DNA from: Octopus bimaculoides
Taxonomy: Eukaryota
Direction of reading: 5' to 3'
DNA: 64,000 nucleotides
NCBI RefSeq assembly: GCF_001194135.2
Contig: NC_068988.1
Location: 53,930,124-53,994,123 of the forward strand
Part shown: one piece after another, positions 48,697 through 60,988 of the stretch
Layout: each line of letters starts with the position of its first letter
How positions within the stretch are numbered: position 1 is the stretch's first letter
The notes under the pieces: generated by a model
Seen by the model: the letters and a program-made list of their open reading frames with translations, nothing else
What the model was told of the DNA's origin: nothing
The model's database searches: none
Translations under genes and position numbers: made by a program

Positions 48697-49063
48697 CAAA
48701 AAGAGCACTCAGAGAGTGCAAACATCTGCCAAGGCAACACCAACATCCTCTCAATGATTAGCCAGAGATGATTTCTGAAATGAGAATATCTGAAATAAGC
48801 TAGACTGCTCTTACAAACAAGAATATTAAAAATGAGCCCGACTGCTCTCAAAAATTAAATTAAAAAACAGGAAAAATAATCCAGAATCCTTGTTTGGTAC
48901 CAGATCGATCCCAAAATCTAATCAGTTTGTGCCAGTCATGAGGCCAAACTTCCCTGAAAGTTTCATTTGAATCCATCCAGCTGTTCTTGAGATATCTTGT
49001 CCACAGACAAACAAACAAACATGACTGAAAACAATACCTCTGCCTCCACTAAGGCAGATATAA
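48697..49063 (+). mobile_element. Non-autonomous Helentron-associated (HINE/DINE-like) element
   Basis: 5' hairpin GCACTC-aga-GAGTGC (48705-19), sub-terminal inverted motif ATCTGCC/GGCAGAT, internal (AAAC)n, 3' stem-loop TCTGCCT/AGGCAGA (49039-58). This layout is typical of Helentron non-autonomous elements. Confidence 0.6.
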
Positions 49064-50269
49064 TAATGAAACTACAAACAATAGCTCTCCTTTTTCTTTC
49101 TGTAAGGAAAGTAACCTGATTTGTGACCATACTAATATGCAAAAATGCTTTTAAGTATTCTAGAACATACTAATATGCAAAAAGGTTTTTAAGTATTTTT
49201 AATATGATATAATTAGTAAAGGGTAAAGATCCCCTTCAGTCACGAATGACCATGGGATTGTACTTAGAAAGTTACCCTCTGAGGCACAAGTCCAAGCAAT
49301 GTTGTTTAAGGAAGACCAGCAGTTGCCCATGCATACCAGCCTCCCCTCTTCATGTCACTGATGCTATCTAAGGGAAAGGCAATGGCTGATACAACTTGGC
49401 ACCAGTGTCGTCAAAATTCATTTCTACAGTTGAGAGAACTGGAGCAATGGGAAATAAAGTGTCTTGCTCAAGAACACAACACACAGCCTGGTCTGGGAAT
49501 CAAACTCATTACCACATGATTGTGAGCCTGATGCTCTCACCACTGAGCCAATTACAAATTGTTAAAAACCAACAATATTTTTCAAAAACAGGTGGGGTAT
49601 CTAGAAGTCAAGACCTGGGTGTGGTGCTGTCCCCTCGGAGCATAAGAAGTTAAAGGCTGAAGTGTTTGCATATAGTGGTGGACTTCTTTTTTTGAAAACC
49701 ATCTACTGTTCAGCTCTCCCTAAGGTTTCTCACTGCCTGTGAGGGAACATGGCCATATAAAAACATGTGACCAATGGGTTAGGGTGTTGGAGCTTGTGGT
49801 TGTGAAGACCTGGTTTTGACTTACTGACTAGGTGACACATTGAGCTCCATAGCAATTGCCACAGACTACTCAGTTGTAAATGTGTACCACAAGCAGCTGC
49901 AGTGGGGAGTTAACTCTGCAGTGAACTGGCATCCCATCCAGGAACGACTATTGTACTGTCAGTCTCTTAAATGCCTAATAAGTTCAAGACAGGCTCCTGA
50001 CTGATGTAAGTTCTATATTCCTCTAAAAGATAGGAATGCTTGGAATGTTTTTGAATATGTGTATACTGGATCAGGATTGAACTGGGGTTAAATAACAATG
50101 ATAATGAACTTATTGTATACAGTGCTCAAGTGCATTACAACTTGTCAGAAAAAGCAGCCAAAAGTGCATGAACAGTACATAGAACTAATGCACAGGAAGG
50201 GAATAGTGAATGAGTTGTTAAAGAAACAAGGTGGTGGTGGTGGTGGGGAACATCAGGTGGACTGATGGC

Positions 50270-50430
50270 AAATTTCAGGAAACATGAATGTTTGAAAAAT
50301 GTAGTGTCCCAACAGCTAACAGCTGATGTGGGTAGTTTATTCCATGTTTCAGCACTTTTGAGCATGAAAGAATGTTTCTGAAAGTCATGGGTGCTGTGTT
50401 GTTTTTTGATTTTGTAAGCATGTCCATCAA
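50270..50430 (-). mobile_element. CR1-clade LINE 3' end remnant
   Basis: GHAYKIKKQH.....KHSF....ETWNKLP..AVS resembles the CR1 C-terminal GH.YKL....R..FF..RV...WN.LP motif. Confidence 0.7.
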
Positions 50431-51320
50431 GTTGTTTTTGTAGCCAAAATAGAACCATAATAGACAACAGTAACACAGTGGAATGCCAGTTCAAATGTGA
50501 CAACAATTATGTTGCCAAGAGAATTGGGACTCAATGAAAGTTGAATTATATATTTGGCATCAAAATAATACCAAACTTGATGGCAAAAGCTTCAAACTAA
50601 TTTATAAGCCAAAGGAAAAGACATTATATTTGTCCTGATTTGTTCTGACTGATCAGGTAAATTGCATTTAACGAAAGCTACACCATCCATACCAAATAGG
50701 GGAAAGAATTGTGAGTAGTAAAATGAAAGGAAAAGAAATGACACTAACAAGAACACAAGAAAATAGTGAAAACTATGAGGAATACATAGAATTGTGTCGA
50801 TGTTGGAACAGAAGCTATCTTTGGTTTTAGGTGGTAATAGTTTGAGGGATGTTGCAGAAGGAGTATGAGAAGATAACATTTCAAGTAATTTGTAGAATTA
50901 CCGAAATATCTTGTTCACTGATAAGCCATGATCCTGTCACCGATGGTGTAAAGAGCTAGCAGCTGTGCTAAATATTGATAACAGCTAAGTATATGTTTCT
51001 TTGTATGTATGCATATGTATGTATATTTATAAGTATGTGCATGTATATGTGCATATGTATGTACATATGAATGTATTTATATACATATTTGTGTATGTGT
51101 TTACTCTTTACTCTTTTACTCTTTTACTTGTTTCAGTCATTTGACTGCAGCCATGCTGGAGCACCGCCTTTAGTCGAGAAAATCGACCCCAGGACTTAAT
51201 CTTTGCAAGCCTAGTACTTATTCTATCGGTTTCTTTTTGCCAAACTGCTAAGTTACAGGGATGTAGACACACCAGCATCGGTTGTCAAGCGATGGTGGGG
51301 GGACAAACACAGACACACAA

Positions 51321-51357
<37 letters not shown>

Positions 51358-52372
51358 NNNNNNNNNNNNNNNNNNNNNNNNNNNNNNNNNNNNNNNNNNN
51401 NNNNNNNNNNNNNNNNNNNNNNNNNNNNNNNNNNNNNNNNNNNNNNNNNNNNNNNNNNNNNNNNNNNNNNNNNNNNNNNNNNNNNNNNNNNNNNNNNNNN
51501 NNNNNNNNNNNNNNNNNNNNNNNNNNNNNNNNNNNNNNNNNNNNNNNNNNNNNNNNNNNNNNNNNNNNNNNNNNNNNNNNNNNNNNNNNNNNNNNNNNNN
51601 NNNNNNNNNNNNNNNNNNNNNNNNNNNNNNNNNNNNNNNNNNNNNNNNNNNNNNNNNNNNNNNNNNNNNNNNNNNNNNNNNNNNNNNNNNNNNNNNNNNN
51701 NNNNNNNNNNNNNNNNNNNNNNNNNNNNNNNNNNNNNNNNNNNNNNNNNNNNNNNNNNNNNNNNNNNNNNNNNNNNNNNNNNNNNNNNNNNNNNNNNNNN
51801 NNNNNNNNNNNNNNNNNNNNNNNNNNNNNNNNNNNNNNNNNNNNNNNNNNNNNNNNNNNNNNNNNNNNNNNNNNNNNNNNNNNNNNNNNNNNNNNNNNNN
51901 NNNNNNNNNNNNNNNNNNNNNNNNNNNNNNNNNNNNNNNNNNNNNNNNNNNNNNNNNNNNNNNNNNNNNNNNNNNNNNNNNNNNNNNNNNNNNNNNNNNN
52001 NNNNNNNNNNNNNNNNNNNNNNNNNNNNNNNNNNNNNNNNNNNNNNNNNNNNNNNNNNNNNNNNNNNNNNNNNNNNNNNNNNNNNNNNNNNNNNNNNNNG
52101 TGTGCGTGCATATGGTTCTGCTAATTACAGCTTAATGGTAAAATTCAAAAGTCTTCGTTTTGGCGCGCTAATTCCAGGAATATATCCGCAGAAAATATTT
52201 ACTGCGTCTTATATATTCAGTATGAGAACATGAGTAATGGGTAAAATATTATTATAAAATCTGGTAATTAGTCATATATTAATTAATATCGAATAATTAT
52301 CAGGAGGCCAGCACATCTAAAGAATCAAAGAGATTCAGAAATATTATCTGCAATCTCAGGGGATTAAGGTAC

Positions 52373-52611
52373 ATTTTAAAAATTAACGTCGACCACTAAC
52401 GTGGACAGTTAATGCGCTAGAAATAGATCACATCTTGTGTCTATTTATAATAATGCTTTTTTAGGTGATTTTAAATGTCTTGCCCGCTCACGTTTTTGGT
52501 ATGCTGCTATATTTCATGTTGAGAACAATTTAGGTCTTAATAGACACAAGATGTGATCTATTTCTAGCGCATTAACTGTCCACGTTAGTGGTCGACGTTA
52601 ATTTTTAAAAT
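52373..52611. mobile_element. MITE-like element with perfect 73-bp terminal inverted repeats
   Basis: 52373-52445 is the exact reverse complement of 52539-52611; 93-bp spacer. Confidence 0.8.
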
Positions 52612-52723
52612 ATATATATATATATACACATTTACATACATACATATGTATCTGTGTGTATGTGTGTGTGTATTTGTGTGTATATATCTACTGTTACTCT
52701 ATCTAAACACACACACATACATA

Positions 52724-53205
52724 CAGGGTGCAAGAGATATTTGAGGACATGTTTGGTAATTAAATGGAACAACTTCAATCTAACCAAAACCGAATGTATT
52801 TTAATAAAAAAATTGTACACATTCTTGTTAAGCTTTCCTATAATATTATTTAATGAATCTCCCTTCAGCTTTGATGGATGCTTTAATGCAAGATTGGAAC
52901 TATTGACACACCTGCACTAAATTGTCTTTGTTCATTTCAAACATCACCTGGATAATAGCAGCCTTTGCTGAAGCTATTGTGAGAGTATTGGTTGGTTTTC
53001 CTTCCTGTGATGCTCCAAATGTAGTAATCCATGGGATTTAAGTTTGAAGAATTTGGAGGCCAAAAGTTTGGTGTTACACGAGTGCAAAGAATTTTCAACA
53101 TCCATTCTTGAGTTACATGGGCTTTGTAAGGTGCTGCGTCTTGTTGAAACATGTATGACCTTTCAATGCCTATGTCATCCAATCTTGTAGTCCAGGGTTC
53201 CCTGC
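52724..53205 (-). mobile_element. Tc1/mariner (maT/Tc1-like) transposase fragment with one terminus, interrupted by an RTE tail
   Basis: FQQDAAPYKAHVTQEW...WPPNSSNLNPMDYYIWS corresponds to the FQQDGAPxH and WPPxSPDLNPxD catalytic motifs. Terminus TA-CAGGGTG at 52722. Confidence 0.85.
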
Positions 53206-55492
53206 ATATATCATCATCATCATTTAACGTCTGTTTTCCATGCTGGCGTAGGTTGGATGACTTGACAGGAAGTGGCAAACTGGAGAGCTGTACCAGACTC
53301 CAGTCATTTGTTTTGGCATGGTTTCTATGGCTAGCTGCCCTTCTTAATCCCAACCACTTTACAGAGTGTATTAAGTGCTTTGTATGTAACACCAACATGG
53401 ATGGTTTTTATGTCACACCTGCACAGGGGCTTTTTACATGGTGCCAACACAAGTGCTTTTTATATGGCACCAGCACAGGTGCTTTTTATGAGGCACCATA
53501 CATACATATATGTATGTATAGGCATATGTATATGTATGTATGTATATGTGTATGTATATTCATGTGTATATATATGTATGCCTTTCTGGCACTTGTGCCC
53601 GTGACATGTGTAAGGATTTTCGAGTGAGATCGTTGCCAGTGCCTCTGGACTGGCTCTTGTGCAGGTGGCACATAAAATACACCATTTTGAGCGTGGCCGT
53701 TGCCAGTACCGCCTGACTGGCCTTCGTGCCGGTGGCACGTAAAAGCACCCACTACACTCTCTGAGTGGTTGGCGTAAGGAAGTGCATCCAGCTGTAGAAA
53801 CTTTGTCAAATCAGATTAGAGCCTGGTGTAGCCATCTGGTTTCACCAGTCCTCAGTCAAATCGTCCAACCCATGCTAGCATGGAAAGCAGACGTTAAACG
53901 ATAATGAAGATATATGTATATACACATCAAACATTGCCAAAACTGAATCACAAAACCATAAATCTCAGAAATTACTTCAGCTCTTATCAGTTGTAAAAAG
54001 CTCAAATATGACCAACTATAGAGTACTGCTTGCAAATGTACTCCATTTTTGACAGTTCAGGTATCTTACTGTTCTATCAGTTTTCATGTATCTGAAGAGA
54101 TTTGGTGTTTTTCAGTCTAGTCAGATATGATTAGTGAGCTAAAATTGTGATTTCTCACAATGTATTCTGGGGAATTAACAGCTTTCTACTTTATTAAGTC
54201 AGCTACAATCACATTGAATTTAGACTAAAAGAGATAAATAATGCTGCAGCTTTCTCAGTTTATTGACCAAGATGAGAGGCAGTAACTTTAGAATTATGTT
54301 GGAATGGTGCAGTGGCAAAGTATCTTGGGATTTGAAATTGGTTGAATATTTGTTTTGGCCTAGATCAGTTCTAAAAAGCATTTGGATCATGATTATTCCT
54401 TCCTTGTCTTGAGCGCTATGTGACCTGGATTACATTATCCGATGCACTGTATACATTTTCAACACATTAGAGTGGTGTGATTTGAGGGAAATTTGACTAT
54501 TATTTCTAGCATATAAAACTTCCTTCATTGGTTCATGGTTGAGCATTTAGTTTGAAAGATTAAAATGGTTAAAAGAAATTAAGGAATATAAATTGTAGTC
54601 ATAAAAATGTAAAGACCATCAGGACTTCTTCATGAGTGTTTGTGTGAGTTTGTGTGTGTTTGTGTGTGTGGTGGGGGTGTAGCGAGTTATGGACCACAAA
54701 AATATATGTGAAGAATAAAATTATCATGTGATATTTTTATATATTAACTTCTAAAATATCCAACCTTTAACCATAATGGGTTTTGTTTATTTACATATTC
54801 ATTTGTTTATTTACTTTGTTCTTAGAATAATAGGATTAATGTTAGGAGAAATATTTTATAACCTTTCACAAATACCAAATGTTCTGTATTACCCCATCAA
54901 ACCCAGCTGTAGTTCTTCCTTTCTTTGACACAAGTCACTTAATGATGGTCTTTTCCTTTAAATTAGTTCTGCAAATTCATTTGGATATCTTTTATAGTTA
55001 TAAAAGATTGTCACCTGTTGAATTGAAGATTTCAGAATTGGTTGGCAGTGTTTGAATGAGAATATCAAAATGACTTTGTTCTTCATTGGCATGGACACTG
55101 ATTCTAGAACTGATAATAACTGTTTTAATGCTTGTTCTTTATTTTCTCATTTTGTCATGAGCTACACCAGGTCTTTATAGGTGAGATAGCAGTTGTATCT
55201 TGAGAGGGTCATTATGTGAATAGCAAACACACACTGGTACTATTTCACATCTTTACTATTTGTCAATTGGAAGGTGTTAAGCTGGCAAAATTGTTAGCAT
55301 GTTGGACAAAATGCCTACTGGTATTTCATCCATCTTCATGTTTTGAGTTCAAATTTTGTCGAGGTTGACTTTACTTTTCAACTTTCCAGGGTCAATAGAA
55401 TAAATACCAGTCAAGTACTGGGATCAATGTAATTGAGCAGCTCCCTGCTCCAAAATTTCAGTACTTGTGCCAGTAATAGAAGAGATCATTTG

Positions 55493-55721
55493 TCAGTTGG
55501 TCAGCTATTTACTTAACTAACTAAGCAATTGCTTGATTAATTTGATTAATCATATGGTTTATTAGTCAACCAATTGTTACTCAAAGTCCTTTTGTCATCA
55601 TTAGCAATCTCTTCAATGGCATGGACTTTGACAAATATGACTGATTGATTGATTGATCATATGCTTAATCAAATTAATCAAACAATTGATTAGTCAGTTG
55701 AGTAAATAGTTAACCAACTGA
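55493..55721. repeat. Long imperfect inverted repeat (64-bp arms)
   Basis: 55493-55556 versus reverse complement of 55658-55721: 7 mismatches by manual comparison. Confidence 0.85.
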
Positions 55722-56059
55722 TGAATAATAAAGAAGCAAAATAGAACCAGTGTATGTGTGTGTGTGTGTGTGTGTGTATGGGCATAATGACCCTCCTGAG
55801 ATACAACAGAATATATTTCAACATATGAGCTCACATCAATAATCTTGCAAAACCAAATGCAAAAATGACAGAAAGATTGTAGTGCTATTTATAGCGGGCT
55901 GGGTGATGAGATAGAAAGAGGCTTCTTTGTTAGAATGTTTTACTGAGAGACCCAAAGGTAACATTTGCAGAGTCTCCAAGACTGCCAAAGGTAAGAAGAG
56001 AAAGAAACCTAGTTGTGTTAGTTTCTCGAATAGGAAGCAGCATAATCAAGATGTTGAAT

Positions 56060-57032
56060 TTTTCTCATAGTGGAAACGGAGCTAGGGATAAATTCGAAGA
56101 AAAAAACAGGAGTTCGACAGGGCTGTATACTTTCTCCCTTTTTATTTCTACTAGTTATAGATTGGATTATGAAGGAAACTACGATTGAAAGCCAAACAAG
56201 CTTTGAATGGACGGATGCAGAAGCTCTAGAAGATCTCGACTCTGCAGATAATATAGCGCTGCTTTCACAAACATATAGCCAAATGCAAAAGAAAACGCCA
56301 AACTTAGAAGCAATAGCAGCCAAACTAGGATTGAAAGTCAACCGCGACAAATCAAAAATTATGCGTGTTAATTAAGAAAACAGCGAACATATTAAACTAG
56401 AAACCAGTGAACTAGAGGATGTAGCTGAGTTTACGTATTTAGGTAGTAAGATAACATTCTCAGGCAGCACCGACGAAGATATTATGACGAGAATAAGTGA
56501 GGCAAGGACCGCTTTCCACCTGTTAAAAAAAGTATGGAGCGCAAGTGTAATTTCAATAAAGAACAAAATAAGAACTTTTAACACTAACGTGAAAGTGGTG
56601 GTATTGTATGGGGCTGAGACATGGCGAACAACAGTTAAGTCAAATACGTAAATACAATCATTCATCAACAGGTGCTTGCATAGTATACTTGAAATCAGAT
56701 GGCCTGAACACATAAGCAATATGGAGCTATGGCAAAGAACGAATCAAGTTTCGATTAGGGAGCAAATATTTAAGAAAAAGTGGAAGTGGATTGGTAGCAC
56801 AATTAGAAAGGACACACCAAATGTAGCGAAAAGTGTTTTACAGTGGAATCCGGATGGATATAGAAAGAGGGGTAGGCCTAAGAACTCATGGCGTAGATCA
56901 ACACAAAAGGAACTAGAGAAAAGGGTACATTCATGGCAGAGTATAAGTACAGAAGTGAAAAATTATGCGACATGAAATTCAATTATAAGTGGCCTATACT
57001 CCACGTTGGAAGGTTAAAGGCAAGAAAGAAAG
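56060..57032 (+). mobile_element. 5'-truncated RTE-clade LINE of a second family (RT C-terminal half), inactivated
   Basis: KTGVRQGCILSPFLF...LDSADNIALL...GLKVN..KSKIMR...FTYLGS...LYGAETW...RWP..ISN.ELW..T...WKWIG...QWNP.G.RKRGRPKNSW. In-frame stops at 56373 and 56649; the catalytic ADD is altered to ADN. Confidence 0.92.
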
Positions 57033-57570
57033 AGTGGATATGCACATCACAGAGTGAACTTCGCTAAAGGCAACCACACAGCTTAACTGCGGTGTTAAGC
57101 TGGGTAGAGGTAAGTTATAATCTTCAATAACATATCTTACACTTGTTTTCAGTCGTTGCACTGTGACTATGCTAGAGTATTACTTTGAAGAACTTTAGTT
57201 GAACAAATCGATCCTACTATTTATTTTTTTTAAAGTTTGCTACTTATTCGGTTGGTCTCTTTGCCAAACCATTAAGTTATGTGGATGTAAGCAAACCAAC
57301 ATTAGTTGTTAAGTAGTGGTTGTGGTGGTGGTGGTGGTGGGGAGACAAACACTAATACACACACATCTCTGTCTGTCTATTTGTCTGTCTCTCTGCCTGC
57401 CTATCTGTCTGTCTCTCTGCCTGCCTATCTGTCTGTTTTTCTGTATGTCTTTCTGTCTGCCTGTTTGCCTGTCTGTCTATCGATCTATGTTTGGCATCTG
57501 TCTGTCTGCCCGTCTGTCAGAATGTCTGTCTTTCTGTCAGTCTTTCGATCCATCTATCTGTCTGTCTGTA

Positions 57571-57685
<115 letters not shown>

Positions 57686-58763
57686 ATACACACAAGATGG
57701 CTTCAACACAGTTTCTGTCAACCAAATACCCTCACAAAGCATTGGCCTGTCTCAGGCTATAGCAGAAGGCACATGGGTCCAAGGTGCAGTGCAGTGGAAC
57801 TGAACCTAAAACCACGTGGTTGCAAAATGAGTTTTATTTAACCATATAAGCATTCCTGCATATCATATCTTTCTGTAACATATGCTGTGCATCTTTTCAA
57901 TTTAACTTTTATCTGTAGCAGATGTTTGTTGCAGACCTTTGTAACACTCTGGTACCTCTGTGAGACATAGCTCTGTCTGTAGTAAGACATTTGTTACAGT
58001 CTTCTGTAAAACACTGCATCTTTCTGCAAGAAATCAAATCCTATTGCATTAAATATGGAAATATATCAGAAATGAAATATATCACCAATTAACCTATATT
58101 TATTGAGAAGATATTTCTAGAAAAATGCTGTCATAGAAAAAAGGTAAAAAACAACAACCCCCACCTCCCCAAAATCCAATAGCATTGTTAAAAGCAAAAT
58201 AAATGACCCAAAAGAAAAGGCCCACATTAGAAAATCACTCTTGCAGTAATTCTGGCATGGTTACCAACTGTTTTTCAAATACTGTTACATTTAAGAAGAA
58301 CTTTTCCTTTCCATATAATCTTTTGTTTTATTCTCTTCTTTTCTACTCTTTCTCTTTATCTTGCTTTTATACATTCTGTGGCCTTTGTCAGTAAAATGTG
58401 CACATTTTATATTATTTTATCTTTCTCACACAATTAATACAAAATATCATTGAGAGTAGCCACAAGAGAAGCCATGTTCATATCTATTGAAGCATTTAGT
58501 GTCAGCAGCACTTGCTAAATGTCAACAGTAATAGAATCTGTTTGAAATTCTACTGGACAGATTTCAAGAGCACTTTTTGACTTTATGTCATGAAATGGCA
58601 ATTATTTTGAACATTGTCACAACCTGCTTTATAAAAAAAAAAAAAAAAAAGAAATCATGCTGCAAATGTTCCAAAGCTGAAACAAGAATTACCACTTCCA
58701 CCACCATCACTGGTTCCTGAGTCAAAATTTTGAAACATTTAAGGAACTAAATTTAGAATTTGC

Positions 58764-58795
<32 letters not shown>

Positions 58796-59397
58796 TCCAT
58801 TGTGTTTATATATCTTTTACCTTTTGCTTGTTTCAGTCATTGGATTGTGGCCATGCTGGGGCACACCTTGAAGAATTTACTTGAGCAAGTTGCTCCCTGC
58901 AGCTATTTTTTAAAGCCTGGCACTTACTCTATTGATCTCATTTCTCAAACTGCTAAGTTATAGGGAATTAAATGAACCAACACTGGTTGTCCGACAGTGG
59001 TGGTCGGGGACAAACACATACACAAAGATACACACTCACGCACACACACATGCACACAGACATACAAACACACATACACACACACACACCACACACACAC
59101 ACACACACATAACTGACTTCATTCAGTTTCTGTTTACCAAATCCATTCACAAGGCTTTGATTGGCTTGTGGCGAGAGTAGAAAACATTTGCCCAAGATGC
59201 CACGCTGAGGAACTAAACCTGGAACCATGTGATTAGGAAGCAAACTTCTTATCACACAGCCGCATGTAGATGCCTAGAAAAGTTTTCACCAGAACTGGTC
59301 CAGGCTGTGACTAACTACCATATTTGATGGCCTATAAGACGCACCTTTTTTTACCCAAAAATGGCTTTAAAAATCCTCCTGCATCCAATGCACTCAA

Positions 59398-59490
59398 TGT
59401 TTCCAAGTTGGGTAATATTTCCCTATGAAATGAGTGTCATACATAGAGTGTCCTTTGTTTCATGGGGAAATATTACCCAACTTGGAAACA
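59398..59490. repeat. Hairpin with 33-bp arms and 27-nt spacer
   Basis: 59398-59430 versus reverse complement of 59458-59490: one mismatch. Confidence 0.85.
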
Positions 59491-60850
59491 GGTTGGCAAC
59501 AAGAAGGGCATAAAGCCCCAGAAAAATCTGGTTCAACAAATTCTGTCCAATCCATGTAAGCATGGAAATGATGGGTATCTAGCTATTTAATCAATGTTGT
59601 TTTTACTCTACTATCATTTGAGGCAGATTTCTTTGTTTAACTCAGTCTACATGGATGATTCCTTCTTCATAGCTGAGTGGCTAGAATTTAGAAATGCATT
59701 CAGTTAAAGGGAAAAAAAATTGTCCTCACAATTTCCTATGAATTGACAAGAAACACAAGCAAAGACAGCAATGGTCAAGTCCCTCATTTACCAAAACTTT
59801 CAATGGAAAAGAAGACTGTGGAAATTAAAGAAGTTAAGAAAGAACATTGATGGAGTTATTTCAGCATGGGTTCCAACTAACAAGCTGGAATTGGTAATAT
59901 AATAAAATAGAATAAACAATATAGAAAAATGCATTAGAAATATACAAGATTACTTCAACAATTGGTAAATTTGCTCTAGCAATATGTAGAACTGCTTTAG
60001 CAATTGATGCATTTGCTCTAACTATTAGTAAATAATTTATAGTGAATACCAGTCGATAGTTCCCTAAAGTGTTAGTACTAATAAAAGCACACAAGTAGTT
60101 AAATGGGAACAATTAAGAGAGTATGTGTATGTTGTGTGTTGTAAAATGTTAAGTAACCAACTTATGTTCCAAAGTAATTTCAGTAATATTATTTTTTAAT
60201 GTTGGTTGTCTATAAGTGTATGAAGACTGTGTGAATGCAGACATCTTATACATAAATGCCAATTTCTGTCTGTCAGTCTGTTACAATCTTGCTGCCTATA
60301 TCAGTGAAACAATTTGGACAAAACTTTACATATATGTTAAACTAACACCCAGTTCAATTATAGGCTAATTGGATTTCAATAAAAATCTATAATGGGCCCC
60401 CAAGTGGAGTTGGACTATTATTTGATAAAATGAGAAGGATGCAAGAGTGTTAGTGTGAGGGAAATGTGGTGGCATAATGAGTGTGGCTGATATCAAGGAA
60501 GGGGAGGAAAAAGTTGTGTAAGTGACAAGTATGAAGTGACAGTGGATTGGTAACGTTAATACAGCTGTCATTCATGGATATACACATGATGCTGCCTGCA
60601 TATTTTCGTAAATACATAGATACATACATGTATGCATACACACACACAATGTACACACACACACACAATGTACACACACACACATGCACTCACACACACA
60701 ACCTTGCACATACACATAAGTAACTTTTAAAACTTTGAGAAAAGAAAGAAAGGTGAGTGTGAGGAATAGGTAGCTTTAAGGAGAGAGGGGGTAAGTTGAC
60801 AATAATTGTTCACAGGTGGCTCTTTTGCTGTCCATTGCAAAGAAACGCTC

Positions 60851-60881
<31 letters not shown>

Positions 60882-60955
60882 TATATACATACAATCATAC
60901 ATATGTCTACTATACACCATTTTAAACTGATGATTACCTGTTTGTACGTTTGTGA

Positions 60956-60988
<33 letters not shown>

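Noticed and set aside
49128-49203. 38-bp tandem duplication
   Set aside because: Two diverged units only; ordinary local slippage.
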